A stretch of 64,000 nucleotides of DNA from Felis catus (taxonomy: Eukaryota). The notes beneath the pieces were generated by a model. It did not search any database. It was not told the origin of the DNA and saw only the letters and a list, made by a program, of their open reading frames with translations. The stretch is taken from assembly GCF_018350175.1 (NCBI RefSeq), contig NC_058368.1, positions 151,778,001 to 151,842,000 of the forward strand, given 5' to 3'. The translations under genes and the position numbers were made by a program. Positions 42,001 to 55,259 of the stretch are shown here, piece by piece; within the stretch, counting starts at the first letter, position 1, and each line of letters starts with the position of its first letter.

Positions 42001-45000
42001 AATGCTACAGAAGCAAAAATACAGATCAATGAAACTAAGAGCTGGTTCTTTGAAATAATAAAATTAGTAACTCCCTAGTCACACATATCAAAAAGAGAGA
42101 GGACCCAAATAAATAAAATCATGAATGAAAAAGGAGAGATCAGAGGAATACCAATACAAAATATAAACAATTTTAAGAGAATATTTTGAAAAATTATATG
42201 GTAACAAACTGGGCAATGTGGGAGAAATGGACAAGTTCCTAGAAACATACAAACTACCAAAGCTGATAAAGGAAGAAAGAGAAAATTAAAATACACCCAT
42301 AACCAACACAGAAATTTAATCAGTAATAAAAAAAAAAAAAAAACCAACAAACAAAACTCCAGGGTCAGATGGCTTCACAGGTAAAATCTACCATACATTT
42401 AAAGAAGAATTAATACCTATTCTTCTCAAATTGTTCCAAAAAATAGAAATGGGAGGAAAATGTCCAAACTCATTCTATGAGGCCAGAATTACCCTGAATA
42501 CAAAACCAGATCAAGAGTCCACTAAAAAAGAGAACTATAGGCCAATATCCCTGACAAACATGAATGCAAAAATTCTCAATAAAATACTAGCAAACCAAAT
42601 CCAACAATGCGTTAAAAAAATTATTCACATGATCAAGTGGGATTTATTCCTAGGTTGCAAAGGTGGTTCAGTACTCGCAAATCTATCAACATGATACACC
42701 ACATTGATAAAAGAAAGGATAAGAACCATCATTTCAACAGACGCAGAAAAAAGTGTAGATGATAAAGTGTAACATCCATTCGTGCTAAAAATCCTCAACA
42801 TAGGAGGTTGGGAGGGAGCATATCTCAACATAATAAAGGTCATACATGAAAAACCCACAGCTAATGTCATCCTCAATGGGGAAAAACGGAGAGCTTTTCC
42901 TCTACAGTCAGGAACAAGACAGGGATGTCCACCCTCAACACTGTTATTTAACATTGTACTGGAAGTTATAGCCACAGCAATCAGACAACAAAGAGAAAGA
43001 AAAGGCATCCAAATTCACAAGGAAGAATCAAAATTTTCGCTATTTGCACATGACACGATACTCTGTATAGAAAATGCAAAAGACTCCACCAACAACTGCT
43101 AGAACTGATAAATGAATTCAGTAAAGTCACAGGATACAAAATCAACAGAAATCTGTTGCATTTCTATACACCAAATATGAAGCAGCAGAAAGAGAAATAA
43201 AGGAATCAATCTCATTTACAATTACACCAAAGCAGTAAGATATCTAGGAATAAACCCAGTCAAAGAGGTGAGAGACCTGTACCCTGAAAACTATAAAACA
43301 CAGATGAAAGAAATTGAAGAGGACACAAAGAAATGGAAAAACATGCCATGCTCATGGACTGGAAGAACAAACAGTGTTAAAATGTCTATTCTACATGGAG
43401 CAATGTACACATTTAATGTAATCCCTATCAAAATACCACATTTTTCACAGAGCTAGAACTATCTTAAAATTTTCATGGAACCCCAGTAGACCCCGAAAAG
43501 CCAAAGCAATCTTGAAAAAGAAAAGCAAAGCTGGAGGCAGCATGATTCCAGACTTCAAGCTCGATCCCAAAGCTATAGCCAGAAAGACAGCACAGTACTG
43601 GCAAAAAAAACAGATACATGGGTCAATGGAAAAGAATAGAAAACCCAGGAATGGACCCACAACTAATCTTTGACCAAGCAGGAAAGAATATCCAATGGAA
43701 AAACGAGAGTCTCTTCAAAAATGGTGTTGGGAAATCTGGACAGCTACATGCAGAAAAATGAAACTGGATCACTTTCTTACACCACACAAAAATAAATTCA
43801 AAATGAAGGAAAGAGCTCTATGTGGGACAGAAAACCATCAAAATCCAAGAGGAAAATGCAGGCAGAAACCTTTTTGAATTCATCCAGAGCAACTTCTCAT
43901 TAGACATGTAGACAGAGGCAAGGGAAACAAAAGTAAGCATCAACGATTGGGACTTCATCAAAATAAAAACCTTCTGCAAATCAAAGTAAGCAATGAACAA
44001 AACTAAAAGGCAGCCTATGGAATAGGAGAAGATATTTCCAAATTACATATATGATAAAGGATTAGCATCCAAAATCTATAAAGAACTTATCAAACTCAAT
44101 ACTGAATAAATAATCCAGTTAAAAAATGGGCAGTGATATGAATAGACATTTTTCCAAAGAAGCTATCCAGACAGGTAACAGACACCTGAAAGATATTTAA
44201 CATCATTTATCATCAGATAAATGCAAATCAAAACCAAGATGAGATACCATCTCACACCTGTCAGAATGGCTAAAATGAACAACACAAGAAACAAGGGGTA
44301 TTGGCAAGGATGAGGAGAAAGAATAACCCTCTTGTACTGTTAGTGGGAAGGCAAACTGGTGCAGCCTCTGTGGAGAACAATATGGAGGTTCTTCAAAAAT
44401 TTTAACTAGAAATATCCTATGATCCAGCAATTTCACTTCTAGGTATTTAGCCAAAGCATACGAAAACACATATCCCGAAGGGGTAAATGCACCCCAATGT
44501 TTACAGCAGCATTATCAATAATAGCCAAACTTGTGAAAGGGTCCAAACATCCATTAGCTGATGTTGGATAAAGAAGATATGCTGTGTGTGTGTACACACA
44601 TACACACATACAGTGGAATATTCCTGAGCCATCAAAAAAAAAATGAAATCTTTCCATTTGCAATTATGGTGGATGGAGCTAGAGTGTATTATGCTAAGTA
44701 AAGTAAGTCAGTCAGAGAAAGACAAATATATGATTTCACACATATGTGGTATTTAAGAAACAAAACAGATGAACATACAGGAGGAAGGAAAAAAGAAAAG
44801 AGAAGGAGAAACAAAATCATAAGAGATTCTTAATGATAGAGAACAGAGAGTTGATAGAGGGAGGTGGTTGGAGGATGAGCTAGATGAGTGATGGGTAATA
44901 AGGAGGGCACATGTTATGTTGAGCACTGGGTATTGTACAGAAATGATGAATCGCTGAATTGTACTCCTGAAACCAATACCACACTATGTTAACTAACTTG

Positions 45001-45030
45001 AATTTAAATAAAATTCTGAAAAGAAAAAAT
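39026..45030 (+). mobile_element. Near full-length inactive carnivore LINE-1 (5'UTR, ORF1 with internal deletion, disrupted ORF2, 3'UTR and A-rich tail)
   Basis: ORF2 fragments in the track: endonuclease IIIGDFDT..., [52 protein letters not shown]; many stops and frameshifts. Confidence 0.97.
39812..40018 (-). mobile_element. Can-SINE nested in the L1 5'UTR
   Basis: gagatcacgacctgaactgaaatcaaga...gactgagccacctagg. Confidence 0.85.
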
Positions 45031-45193
45031 ATATATAAACTACAGGTGTGTGAGGGATTCCAGAGTTGGAAACAAAAACAATCAAGAGAAAGTAAAATGA
45101 GTCATTTTGCAAGAAGACAAATAATACTGTATCTTTTGAGGCCATAAAAAAAAGATGTGGAATGCTATGGATACAAGAACTATAATTTTTTAC

Positions 45194-45453
45194 CATAAAA
45201 TGCTAATATATTTTAGCTCAATTTGTAAAAATCTCAACTGGAAAAATATATCTGTAGAGTAATTTGGAAAAAAAGGAATATATGATTTGAACATTAACAC
45301 AACATCTGTAGTCCTTCTTCTTTCTATGGAAAAATAATTGTTTTCTATCATATTAGCCTTTCATCAATAAGTATTTCATCTATAGACAATTCAGAAATTG
45401 TTTCCACTGTAAGTTCCCCAAATGAGATTCATCCCAATATCCCTAAGTGTAGC
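45194..45453 (-). pseudogene. Fossil exon (~260 nt)
   Basis: ctaac branch site plus tatcaacAG acceptor; LHLGILG*ISFGELTVETISELSIDEILIDERLI; donor tentative. Confidence 0.6.
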
Positions 45454-45489
45454 CTGTTGATATGTTAGAGATACAAAATGCAAGATGTA

Positions 45490-45675
45490 TTTTTTAATGT
45501 TAGTTTATTTTTGAGAGCAAGAGAGAAACAGAGAGAGAGGCACAAAGAGAGGGGCACAGGGGATCTGAAGAGGGCTCTGTGCTGCCAGGAGAGAGATATG
45601 GGGCTCAAATCCATGAACCATGAGATCGTGACCTGAGCCTGGATGCTTAACCTATTAAGCCACTGAGGCACGCTG
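45490..45675 (-). mobile_element. Can-SINE
   Basis: gagatcgtgacctgagc; TSD-like aagat(g/c)tatttttt. Confidence 0.85.
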
Positions 45676-46239
45676 TAAGATCTATTTTTTAAAAATGAAT
45701 AATGACGGTTTTCTAAGTAGTAAATTCTGAGAAAATATCTAACACAAAACATTTATAAAAAACACTTGATATAAAAATCTTGGAAACAGAAATATCCTGT
45801 ACAATTATTTGCAATTGTCTGTTCAATTTTATTTTCTTGAATTTCTAAATTTTGAAAAGTATTTTACCTTTATTACAATTAGAGATTAATTAAAAAATGA
45901 AGATTTGGTTTAAAATTTTAAATTGCAGTTTACTTATTTAGTTTTATCTACTTAATAAAACATAAATAAAATTCTGATTTGGGACAAACAGCTACTGTTG
46001 AATAAATTTCTATATATTCACAATAGGACAAAAGGAAATCCAAGATCAAAGTCTAATATAAATCGCTAAGTAAAACTGTAATAATAGCTACACTTTAGCT
46101 ATTCTAGAAATCATGGCTACTGTATATGTACAGACTTTAATTCTTTTAAGGGACAAACAAAAATCTATGTTTTCTTTTACTCTGACAACAGAGAAAGTTG
46201 TTAAATTATATATGAAACTGTTCCTTCTCATTTTCTATA

Positions 46240-48136
46240 TACTTTTATCACAGTAGAAACATTTTGATTCATCATTCTCCATACTGCTTTCAAGGCAATA
46301 GTATGATTTGGTAATCCTCCTCACTAGAGATTGCTTTGTGTTTTGAAGAAACACCCTCTAAGATTCCAGTCACAGAATTAAAAGGGATGGGAAATATCCC
46401 ATCTAAATGAAGAGTTCAAAACAATGCCCCTGTATAGCACTTGCAGAACCCATTACCACTTCCCAAGATGACAGGGTATTTTTGCAGGTACAGTAGGGAA
46501 GGACAAGTCCTGGCTGTCCTGCCTGTTGACAGAGGAAATAAATCACCCTACACACTGGAGGATACCTTTCCAGACTGCACGCTGGGAACTTCATTACGCA
46601 AGCTGTGCCACATATTACTATGCATATTGCTGCTGATTGGACATAGACGCATATCCACAGCCTATTTCTGTCATTGTCTTATGGGGGAGATATCCATTTT
46701 CCTCCACAGACACAAACAGGCTTGAACAGGACATGAAGAAAATGATAGTATGTGCCCCCAAAATCTCAATCTTTAGCAAAATATGCTCTTGACTAATGAT
46801 TTGTCTAACTTGCCCTAAGCTTATCTCTCGGTGCATAAAATGTGGTATTTATGGTTTCATATTCACACAATCTCATTTGATCCGAATGTGATTCTTATAA
46901 ACATAAGTATTGTTGCCCCTGGTCTCAGCCTCATTAAGAAGAGGGCAAAGTATTTTCCCATAGAGGAGTTATTAGTGCCTTGCTTTTTGTTTTTAAATTG
47001 GTAATATTTTCCATTCATTCATAAAAGACAAACTTTATTTGCTCAAGTTTGTTCATATGCCATGAATATAGTTTAACCTGATTTGTATGAGTGTGATAAT
47101 GAAAAAAATTACCAAGGAAGACTTATCATCTTCAGGCTGGAAACAGTACCGTTTTTGCAGTCAACAACATAAAATTAATGAAGCAAAGAAGATAAAATTA
47201 ATGAACATAACTATTAGCAAGTTTCCTATAGTTTGAGACAACTAATGCAATTTTAACTGTAGATTCCTCATAATTTAGCCTTTTCTTGAGGAATTTTCTG
47301 TGATAAAATGCTTTGGCCACTTCTGCCTTAGTTGATAGTATGGTCCACCAAAAATACATGCAACATTACTGGTGCTATGCGTGACACCTTAAGCATTGTT
47401 AAAAGTATAAAGAAACAGATATTTGCTTCAAACATAAGCCAAATCAGTTTCGTGAGTGAAATAAAACTATAGTTACAGTGCTCAAAATCCACTAATACAT
47501 AAAAGAAAAAACAAGGGCTCAACATCAATTGCCAGTTCTTAAATATTGCTTGTGGGCAAAGAGGTAAATAATTTAGATTCTACATTCCTTTGATACTGGA
47601 TTGGCCTAATATGCCATTTTGGGTTTTAAGGTATTAAGAGAGGTGGTTGTCGTTAAACTGTTTCCACTCTGATTGACATCAATACATCATTCATCAAAGA
47701 AATGCTTCCAAAAGTCTGTGAGACTGCAAAGATTAGCTTCTGAGCGGCAGCTGTCATGGAACTTTTACCAGTCTTAATTTTTAGAGTTACAAATGTATTT
47801 GTGGGGCAGGCACCTGGGTGGCTCAGTTGGTTAGGTGTCCAACTTCGTCTCAGGTCATGATCTTGTAGTTTGTGAGCTCAAGCCCCATGTCAGGCTCTGT
47901 GCTGGCTGCTTACTCAGAGCCTGGAGGCTGTTCTGGATTCTGTCTCCCTTTCTCTCTGCCCCTCCCCTGCTCACACTCTGTCTCTGTCTCTCTCAAAAAT
48001 AAATAAACATTAAAAAAATTAAAAAATATATATATTTGTAATTTTCTGAATATCAACATCATTTTCTGCTGATCGATATTTGATTTGGAGTCTGAGTTTA
48101 GTAGTTTAGGTCTGCTTTTTGTATGTATCAATTTGC
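46240..48136 (-). pseudogene. Large fossil exon (~1.7 kb net), AAA2-like, interrupted by a Can-SINE
   Basis: Frame reads through the SINE site (KLRLQIKYRSAENDVDIQKI/TNTFVTLKIKTGKSSM); ACIFGGP; TVLFPA*R**VFLGNF; IKFVFYE*MENITNL; 46968-46618 is 117 codons with only 2 internal stops. 3' end uncertain. Confidence 0.7.
47803..48030 (+). mobile_element. Can-SINE inserted in a fossil exon
   Basis: ggcacctgggtggctcagttggttag; TSD-like tatttgt on both sides. Confidence 0.95.
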
Positions 48137-48189
48137 CTTAATCCCCATAAATAAGAAAAAAATAAACAGAATTCAATATGCACATATTT

Positions 48190-48780
48190 TACCACCGGTG
48201 TGATTACCAAAATAAGGTTAGTTAATACATTTATCACCTCATGTGAATACAATTTACTTCTGTGGTGTGAACTTTTAAGATCTACTCTCTTAGCAACTTT
48301 CAAGAATATAACACAGTACTGTTAACTAAAGTCACCATGCTGAATATTAAATCCCCAGCACTTATTCATCTTACAACTGGAAGTCTGAACTCTTGGGCTG
48401 TTGCATCTATAGATGCCTTTGGGTATTATGGACTTTTTAACAATACTAATTCTCCCAATCCATGAATATGGGATATCTTTCCATTTATTTGTGTCTTCTT
48501 CCATGTTTTTCATAAATATCTTATAGTTTTCAGTGTACAGATCTTTCACTAGCTTGGATAAATTTATTCCCAAGAATTTTATTGTTTTTATGCTATTGTA
48601 AATGGGATTGTTTCCTTTCTCTTTTAGATGTTTTGTTAGTGTACAGAAATATAACTGATTTTCATATGTTGATTTTGTATCCTGTAACTTTCCTGAAATC
48701 ATTTATTAGTTCTAACAGCTCCTTTGGGGGGAGGTGAAATCTTTATGATTTTCTATATATGGTATTATGTCACAATATCC
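48190..48780 (-). mobile_element. L1 fragment: ORF2 piece joined directly to the 3'UTR (internal deletion)
   Basis: ORF 48322..48702 KFLGINLSKLVKDLYTENYK...KWKDIPYSWIGRISIVK, then 3'UTR. Confidence 0.85.
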
Positions 48781-49075
48781 TACCCAGATTTCAAAGCTCC
48801 ATGAAGGCACTTTTATTTACAGATTGATGCCAAATTATTGTTGTTGAGGGGGGTTATATGCAAGGGATGTCTTTTTCAGCCTTTTACTGATGTCATTCTT
48901 CCCCTCTCTTTGTTATTTTTGTTTGGGAATGTAAATGAGTGTTCTTAATCACAATTATCATCAACTCAATACATATAACACATAAACAAATAATGTTATG
49001 ATGTCTGTCTAGAACACATGAATTTGAACTCACTTTGTATTTCCCAAATACATTACTATCTAAAATTAAATTCTA

Positions 49076-49300
49076 GGGGCTCCTGGATGGCTCAGTCAGT
49101 TAAGCGTCTGACTTTGACTCAGGTCATGATCTCATGGTTCATGAGTTTGAGCCCTGCATCAGCCTCTGTGCCAACAGCTCAGAGCCTGGAGCCTGCTTTG
49201 GATTCTGTGTCTCCCTCTCTCTCTGCACTGTGCACCCCACCCTCCACACTTGCACTCTCTCTCTCAAAAATAAGTAAACATTTAAAAACAAATAAACAAA
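49076..49300 (+). mobile_element. Can-SINE
   Basis: ggggctcctggatggctcagtcagttaagcg. Confidence 0.95.
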
Positions 49301-49689
49301 ATTATATTCTAGCTGAAAATGATTTTTTCAGAGGTAAGTGTACAGGAACAGAGTAAGAGCAGGCTAGAGAGGGTAAGGCAGAATGGAAGGGATATATTGC
49401 ACTACAACAAATAATTTGACCTTCTTGGGACAAAGAATGATATGGTAAGCAGCATGGACTGAGAAAGTCAAACTGACAATATATTGTAAAGGATAAGTGG
49501 TGATGAGAGAGACTAAAGGTGAGAAGACTATTGCTGTGATCCAGAAAAGAAGTATTAGTGACCTGAGTAGAGTGGCGCCAAGGCAAACAACAACAGTAAC
49601 AACAGGAATAATAATACCAATTATGTATTGGGGCCTTCCTAGCAGAGCACTGTGTGAAGCCCATATGTGTACTATAACACTAATATATT

Positions 49690-49870
49690 TTTTTTATTTT
49701 TAAAGAGAGACAGAGAGAGCAATTGGGGGAAGGGCAGAAGGAGAGAGGCTCTCAAGCAGGCTCAATGCTCAGCATGGAGCCTGAGGTGGGGTTCAATCCC
49801 ATGACCCTGAGATCATGAGCTGAACTGAAATCAAGAGTTGGATGCTTGAGGGATCCACCTAGGCATCCCT
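49690..49870 (-). mobile_element. Can-SINE
   Basis: gagatcatgagctgaactgaaatcaagag; TSD-like ctataa(c/t)acta. Confidence 0.85.
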
Positions 49871-50156
49871 ATAATACTAGTATTTATAACTACTCATTGA
49901 AACCTGAAATATTTTCATCTTCATTTCGCAAATGAGGAACGGGCCTAATATCACATAGCAGAAATGGGGTTTATACACAGATAATTTATAATACTGCAAT
50001 ATGCAGGAATGTACAGAAATATCTCATTTTTAGTTATTATGGTGTCAAAGTCATATGAATAGTGACTTTCTGGATATGATGATTAAGGAAGAAATCCAGA
50101 ATATCACTCAAAATTTGAGCATAGGCCAACAAACTAACATTGAAAAAATATGAAAA

Positions 50157-50343
50157 TTAAGAAAATGGCAGTATTAATGGGACATCCCATCTAGGATGTG
50201 ACATAAAAAAATACAGTGGGAAATGCAATACAATTTGGAGAGACATCAAGGTATCAGCTTCAGTGAAAATGACTGGCTCCCTAGCTTCTGAGACTAGGAC
50301 CAAAAGTTGCCCTAAAGTTTTCTCTATTCTATACATTAAATAG
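50157..50343 (-). pseudogene. Fossil exon (3' end uncertain)
   Basis: ttctcttcaccctttccAG acceptor; YLMYRIEKTLGQLLVLVSEAREPVIFTEADTLMSLQIVLHFPL is stop-free (ORF track 50157..50381). Confidence 0.5.
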
Positions 50344-51085
50344 CTGGAAAGGGTGAAGAGAATTTCATTAACTTTTTTCAACTACAACTTTAGGTACCTA
50401 TCTTCAAAAAGAGATGCTCTTATATTTTATCTTTTTGGAAGAAGAATTGTATTTTTTTATTAGTAAGCTCACTGCTTTTGTAATATTCTTTATACGTTAC
50501 AATAGCGATTATACATTCTAGTCCCCCGCTTACTCTAATTAATGTCTAGTTTTTAAAGAAAGAGGTGCCTTCAGCTTTACTCTAGGGTAAGAAACAAACT
50601 AGCTACAAACTAGTGATGATGGATCAGCCTAGGGACTAATCATTAGGTCTATCTCAGCAGTATGTAATATTAATTTGCCTTACATTTAAATGAAAATCGT
50701 TTGTTCCTCTCTCTTTTAAGTTCTAAATTTCGCTCATATGCAGTCAAAAAATTATCTAGTTGAGAGTAAAGATGATAATTACAGATAGAGGAAGAGAGTT
50801 CAGCTTCAGGCTACTGCAGTGCTAATAAGAGAGTACTTGGTGCCAGCCAAGTACTTTGTATTAAGTACTTTGTATATTTAATGCCTCTAATACTTCCATA
50901 TTTTTGAAGCAAATACTATTTTTTGTATTATATCCCTATGTAAAATCTGATTATTTTACATATTACTGTCCAACTAGGAAGTGCTAAAGTTTCAAATCAA
51001 CATTTTAATTGCAAACTCAAGGCTCTTCTATTGTTTGTTAGATTCAATTCCTATTCAATGAGTAAGAAACTGCTGCAGAAGGTAC

Positions 51086-53853
51086 AGTATTATGAAACAC
51101 TATATGCCAACAAATTGGACAACCTGGAAGAAATGGACAAATTTCTAGACCCATATAAACTACCCAAAATGAAACAAGAAGAAACAGAAAACTTGAATAG
51201 ACCAAACACCAGCAAATAAATTGTTCAATAAAAAACAAAAACAAAAACAACTCCCAAAAAAGCACAAGTCCAGAGCCAGATGGCCTCATAGGCAAATTTA
51301 AAGAAGAGTTAATAATTATACCTCTCAAACTATTTCAAAAAATAAAAAGGGAAAACTTCCAAACTCATTCCATGAGGCCAGAATTACCCTGATACCAAAA
51401 CCATTCCACTAAAAAAGAGAACTATAGGCCAATATCCCTGACGAACATGAATGCAAAAATTCTCAATAAAATACTAGCAAACCGAATCCAACAATCCGTT
51501 AAAAAAATTATTCACATGATCAAGTGGGATTTATTCCTAGGTTGCAAAGGTGGTTCAGTACTCGCAAATCTATCAACATGATACACCACATTGATAAAAG
51601 AAAGGATAAGAACCATCATTTCAACAGACGCAGAAAAAAGTGTAGATGATAAAGTGTAACATCCATTCGTGCTAAAAATCCTCAACATAGGAGGTTGGGA
51701 GGGAGCATATCTCAACATAATAAAGGTCATACATGAAAAACCCACAGCTAATGTCATCCTCAATGGGGAAAAACGGAGAGCTTTTCCTCTACAGTCAGGA
51801 ACAAGACAGGGATGTCCACCCTCAACACTGTTATTTAACATTGTACTGGAAGTTATAGCCACAGCAATCAGACAACAAAGAGAAAGAAAAGGCATCCAAA
51901 TTCACAAGGAAGAATCAAAATTTTCGCTATTTGCACATGACACGATACTCTGTATAGAAAATGCAAAAGACTCCACCAACAATTGCTAGAACTGATAAAT
52001 GAATTCAGTAAAGTCACAGGATACAAAATCAACAGAAATCTGTTGCATTTCTATACACCAAATATGAAGCAGCAGAAAGAGAAATAAAGGAATCAATCTC
52101 ATTTACAATTACACCAAAGCAGTAAGATATCTAGGAATAAACCCAGTCAAAGAGGTGAGAGACCTGTACCCTGAAAACTATAAAACACAGATGAAAGAAA
52201 TTGAAGAGGACACAAAGAAATGGAAAAACATGCCATGCTCATGGACTGGAAGAACAAACAGTGTTAAAATGTCTATTCTACATGGAGCAATGTACACATT
52301 TAATGTAATCCCTATCAAAATACCACATTTTTCACAGAGCTAGAACTATCTTAAAATTTTCATGGAACCCCAGTAGACCCCGAAAAGCCAAAGCAATCTT
52401 GAAAAAGAAAAGCAAAGCTGGAGGCAGCATGATTCCAGACTTCAAGCTCGATCCCAAAGCTATAGCCAGAAAGACAGCACAGTACTGGCACAAAAACAGA
52501 TACATAGGTCAATGGAACAGAATAGAAAACCCAGGAATGGACCCATAACCATATGGTCAACTAATCTTTGATACAGCAGGAAAGAATATCCAGTGGACAA
52601 AAGACAGTCTCTTTAACAAATGGTACTGGAAAATCTGGACAGCAACATGCAAAAGAATGAAAGTAGAGCACTTTATTTTACCAAACACAAAAATAAATTC
52701 AAAGTGAATGAAAGACCTAAAAATGAGACAGGCAACATTCAAAATCCTACAGAAAAACATAGGCAGTAACCTCTTGATATCAGCCATAGCAACTTTTTTC
52801 TAGATATGTCTCCTGAGGCAAGAGAAACAAAAGCAAAAATACAACTGGGCCTTCATCAAAATAAAAGCTTCTGCACATCAAAGGAAACAATCAACAAAAC
52901 TAAAAGGCAGCCTATGGAATGGGAAAAATATTTCCAAATGACATATCTGATAGAGGGTTAGTATCCAAAATTATCAAGAACTTATCAAACTCAACACCCA
53001 AAAAATGAATAATCCGATTAGAAACTGGGAAGACATGAATAGACATTTTTCCAAAGAACACCCTACAGATGGCCAAAAGACACATGAAAATATGTTCAAC
53101 ATCACACATCATCAGAGAAATACAAATAAAAAATACAATGAGATATCACCTCATACCTGTCAGAATAGCAAAAATCAAGAATACAAGAAATGACAGGTGC
53201 TGGTGAAGATGTGGATAAAGGGAACCCTCTTGCACTGTTGGTGGAAAGCAAACTGGTTTAGCCACTCTGGAAAATAGTACAGATATTCCTCAAAAATTTA
53301 AAAATAGAACTACCTTATAATCCAGCAGGTGCATTACTAGGTATTTACTCAAAGAATACAAAATACTAACACAAAGGGATATATGTACCTCAATGTTTAG
53401 AGTAGCATTACTTACAACAGCCAAATTATGAAAAGAGTCCAAGCATCCATCAACTGATGAATGGATAAAGAAGATGTAAAATTATTTATTCATTCATTCA
53501 TTCATTCATTCATTCATTCATTCATTTATTCAACACACACACACACACACACAGGAACATTCCTCAGCCATAATAAAAAGAATGAAATTTGTCATTTGCA
53601 ACATCATGGATGAAGCTAGAGAATATAATGCTAGGTGAAATAAGTCAGTCAGAGGAAGATAAATACTATATGATTTCATTCATATGTAGAATTTAAGAAA
53701 CAAACAAACAAACAGAAAAAAAAAATAGAGAGGGAGGCAAACAGAATCTTAACTATAGAGAACTGATGGTTACCAGAGGGGAGATGGTTGGAGGGATGGA
53801 TGAAATAGGTGATGGGATTAAGAAGTGCACTTGTCATGATGAATACTGGGTGG
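51086..53853 (+). mobile_element. 5'-truncated inactive carnivore LINE-1
   Basis: Starts at [22 protein letters not shown] and C-terminal ORF2 fragments; 3'UTR; no clean poly(A). Confidence 0.97.
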
Positions 53854-54070
53854 TCAAAATTACTTATGTGTAATAAGTAAAATTACTTATGTGTAAAATT
53901 ACTTATGTGTAATTTATGTGTATATATACATACACACACACACACACACACACGTGTGTGAGTGCGTGTGTGTGTGTAATTTGTTCTCATTGTTGTGATG
54001 TGGATAGTTCAGGTAGGAATTAAAATAAATCACTAAATCACTAATTTTCATGGAATTCCCAATATATAAC

Positions 54071-54244
54071 CTTGATCTACAGCTTTGACAAATTACTTTT
54101 GATAATCCAAGTGTTTTCCTCCTACACTTTTATGCTCTGTGTCAAGCTTGTCCAAAAGGGAAATGCAGGAGGGATGACACATCAGGAGTCATTCAACATC
54201 TCTAGAAATCCCCCATATTTATTTATTTATTTTCGAGAGAGGGA

Positions 54245-54280
<36 letters not shown>

Positions 54281-54486
54281 CATGTAAGCAGGGGAGGGGC
54301 AGAGAGAGGGAGAGAGAATCCCAAGCAGGCTCTACTCAGTGTGGAGTCCAACTAGAGGCTTGATTTCATGACTGTGAGATGATGACCTGAGCCAAAATCA
54401 AGAGTCAGAGGCTTAACTGAGGCTTAACTAACTGAGCCACCCAGGCACCCCTAAAAATCCAGTATATATTCAAGTGTTCCTGTCTC
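54071..54486 (-). pseudogene. Fossil exon interrupted by a Can-SINE
   Basis: 106-nt intron, catttttcAG acceptor, phase 0 ETGTLEYILDF then, after the SINE and a frame change, LEMLNDS*CVIPPAFPFWTSL. Confidence 0.6.
54216..54451 (-). mobile_element. Can-SINE inserted in a fossil exon
   Basis: (GA)n body, ctgagccacccaggcacccc; TSD-like cta(g/a)aaatcc. Confidence 0.95.
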
Positions 54487-54592
54487 CTGAAAAATGTTCT
54501 GCCTATTGAAACCCTAAGATGGCCCCTTCCACCAACAGAAGCACGTAGAAGAGCAGTTGGGAGGAAAAAGAAAAAAAAGATGCGCTCCTTAC

Positions 54593-54733
54593 CTCTCTCA
54601 TCCTTCACGAAGTGTGCTCTATGTATATTTGGTTCCAGCGAGCTGTATTTCTTCTTTCTCTTATGATCTTCTCAGACTTTTATCTGTCTTCTATCATCTT
54701 AACTTTGAATATCTAAACATCAAAGAATTTGTC
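54593..54733 (-). pseudogene. Fossil exon (141 nt)
   Basis: ttttttttctttttgcctcAG acceptor, gag|GTaagg donor; DKFFDV*IFKVKMIEDR*KSEKIIRERRNTARWNQIYIEHTS*RMRE. Confidence 0.75.
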
Positions 54734-54809
54734 CTGAGGCAAAAAGAAAAAAAAGTTGATGCCAACAAATACACATTTTCAATGAGTCTCGAAGAATTCT
54801 ATCCTTCTT

Positions 54810-55018
54810 TTTTTTAATGTTTATTTATTTCTGAGACAGAGAGAGACAAAGCACGAGTGGGGGAGGGGCAGAGAGAGAGGGAGACACAGAATCTGAAGCA
54901 GGCTCCAGATTCCAAACTGTCAGCACAGAGCCCGACACGGGGTTTGAACTCACAAACCATGAGATCATGAACTGAGCTCAAGTCTGTTGCTCAACCGACT
55001 GAGCCACCCAGATGCCCC
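54810..55018 (-). mobile_element. Can-SINE
   Basis: TSD ttctatccttctt; gactgagccacccagatgcccc. Confidence 0.95.
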
Positions 55019-55084
55019 AAGCGTTCTATCCTTCTTAAAGCTAGACTGTGACCCCAAAGCTACAGCCCTTACCCCAACACCTAC

Positions 55085-55259
55085 CTTCAACATAATAACA
55101 ATGCCAAAAATGTGTTTTGGTGAATTGAAAAATGGACAACTCCAAAAAAGAGCTATTAAAGACTATTTAACTTATGAATGGCATTTTGGCCTCTTAGGTA
55201 GGAGGACAAAATGTCACTTTGTATGGATTGACAGCTATTGAGATAAGGTTCTGCGTCAC
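55085..55259 (-). pseudogene. Fossil exon (175 nt)
   Basis: 86-nt intron, ctgatttttttatgttttAG acceptor, phase 0 VTQNLISIAVNPYK; aag|GTaggt donor. Confidence 0.7.

Noticed and set aside
39026..45030. Potentially active full-length L1
   Set aside because: ORF1 deletion, many ORF2 stops and frameshifts, mutated RT motif and a nested SINE.
55085..55259. Myosin-like ISIAVNPYK and PKHIFGI strings
   Set aside because: They lie in different frames, the spacing is off, and no GESGAGKT follows; treated as coincidence.
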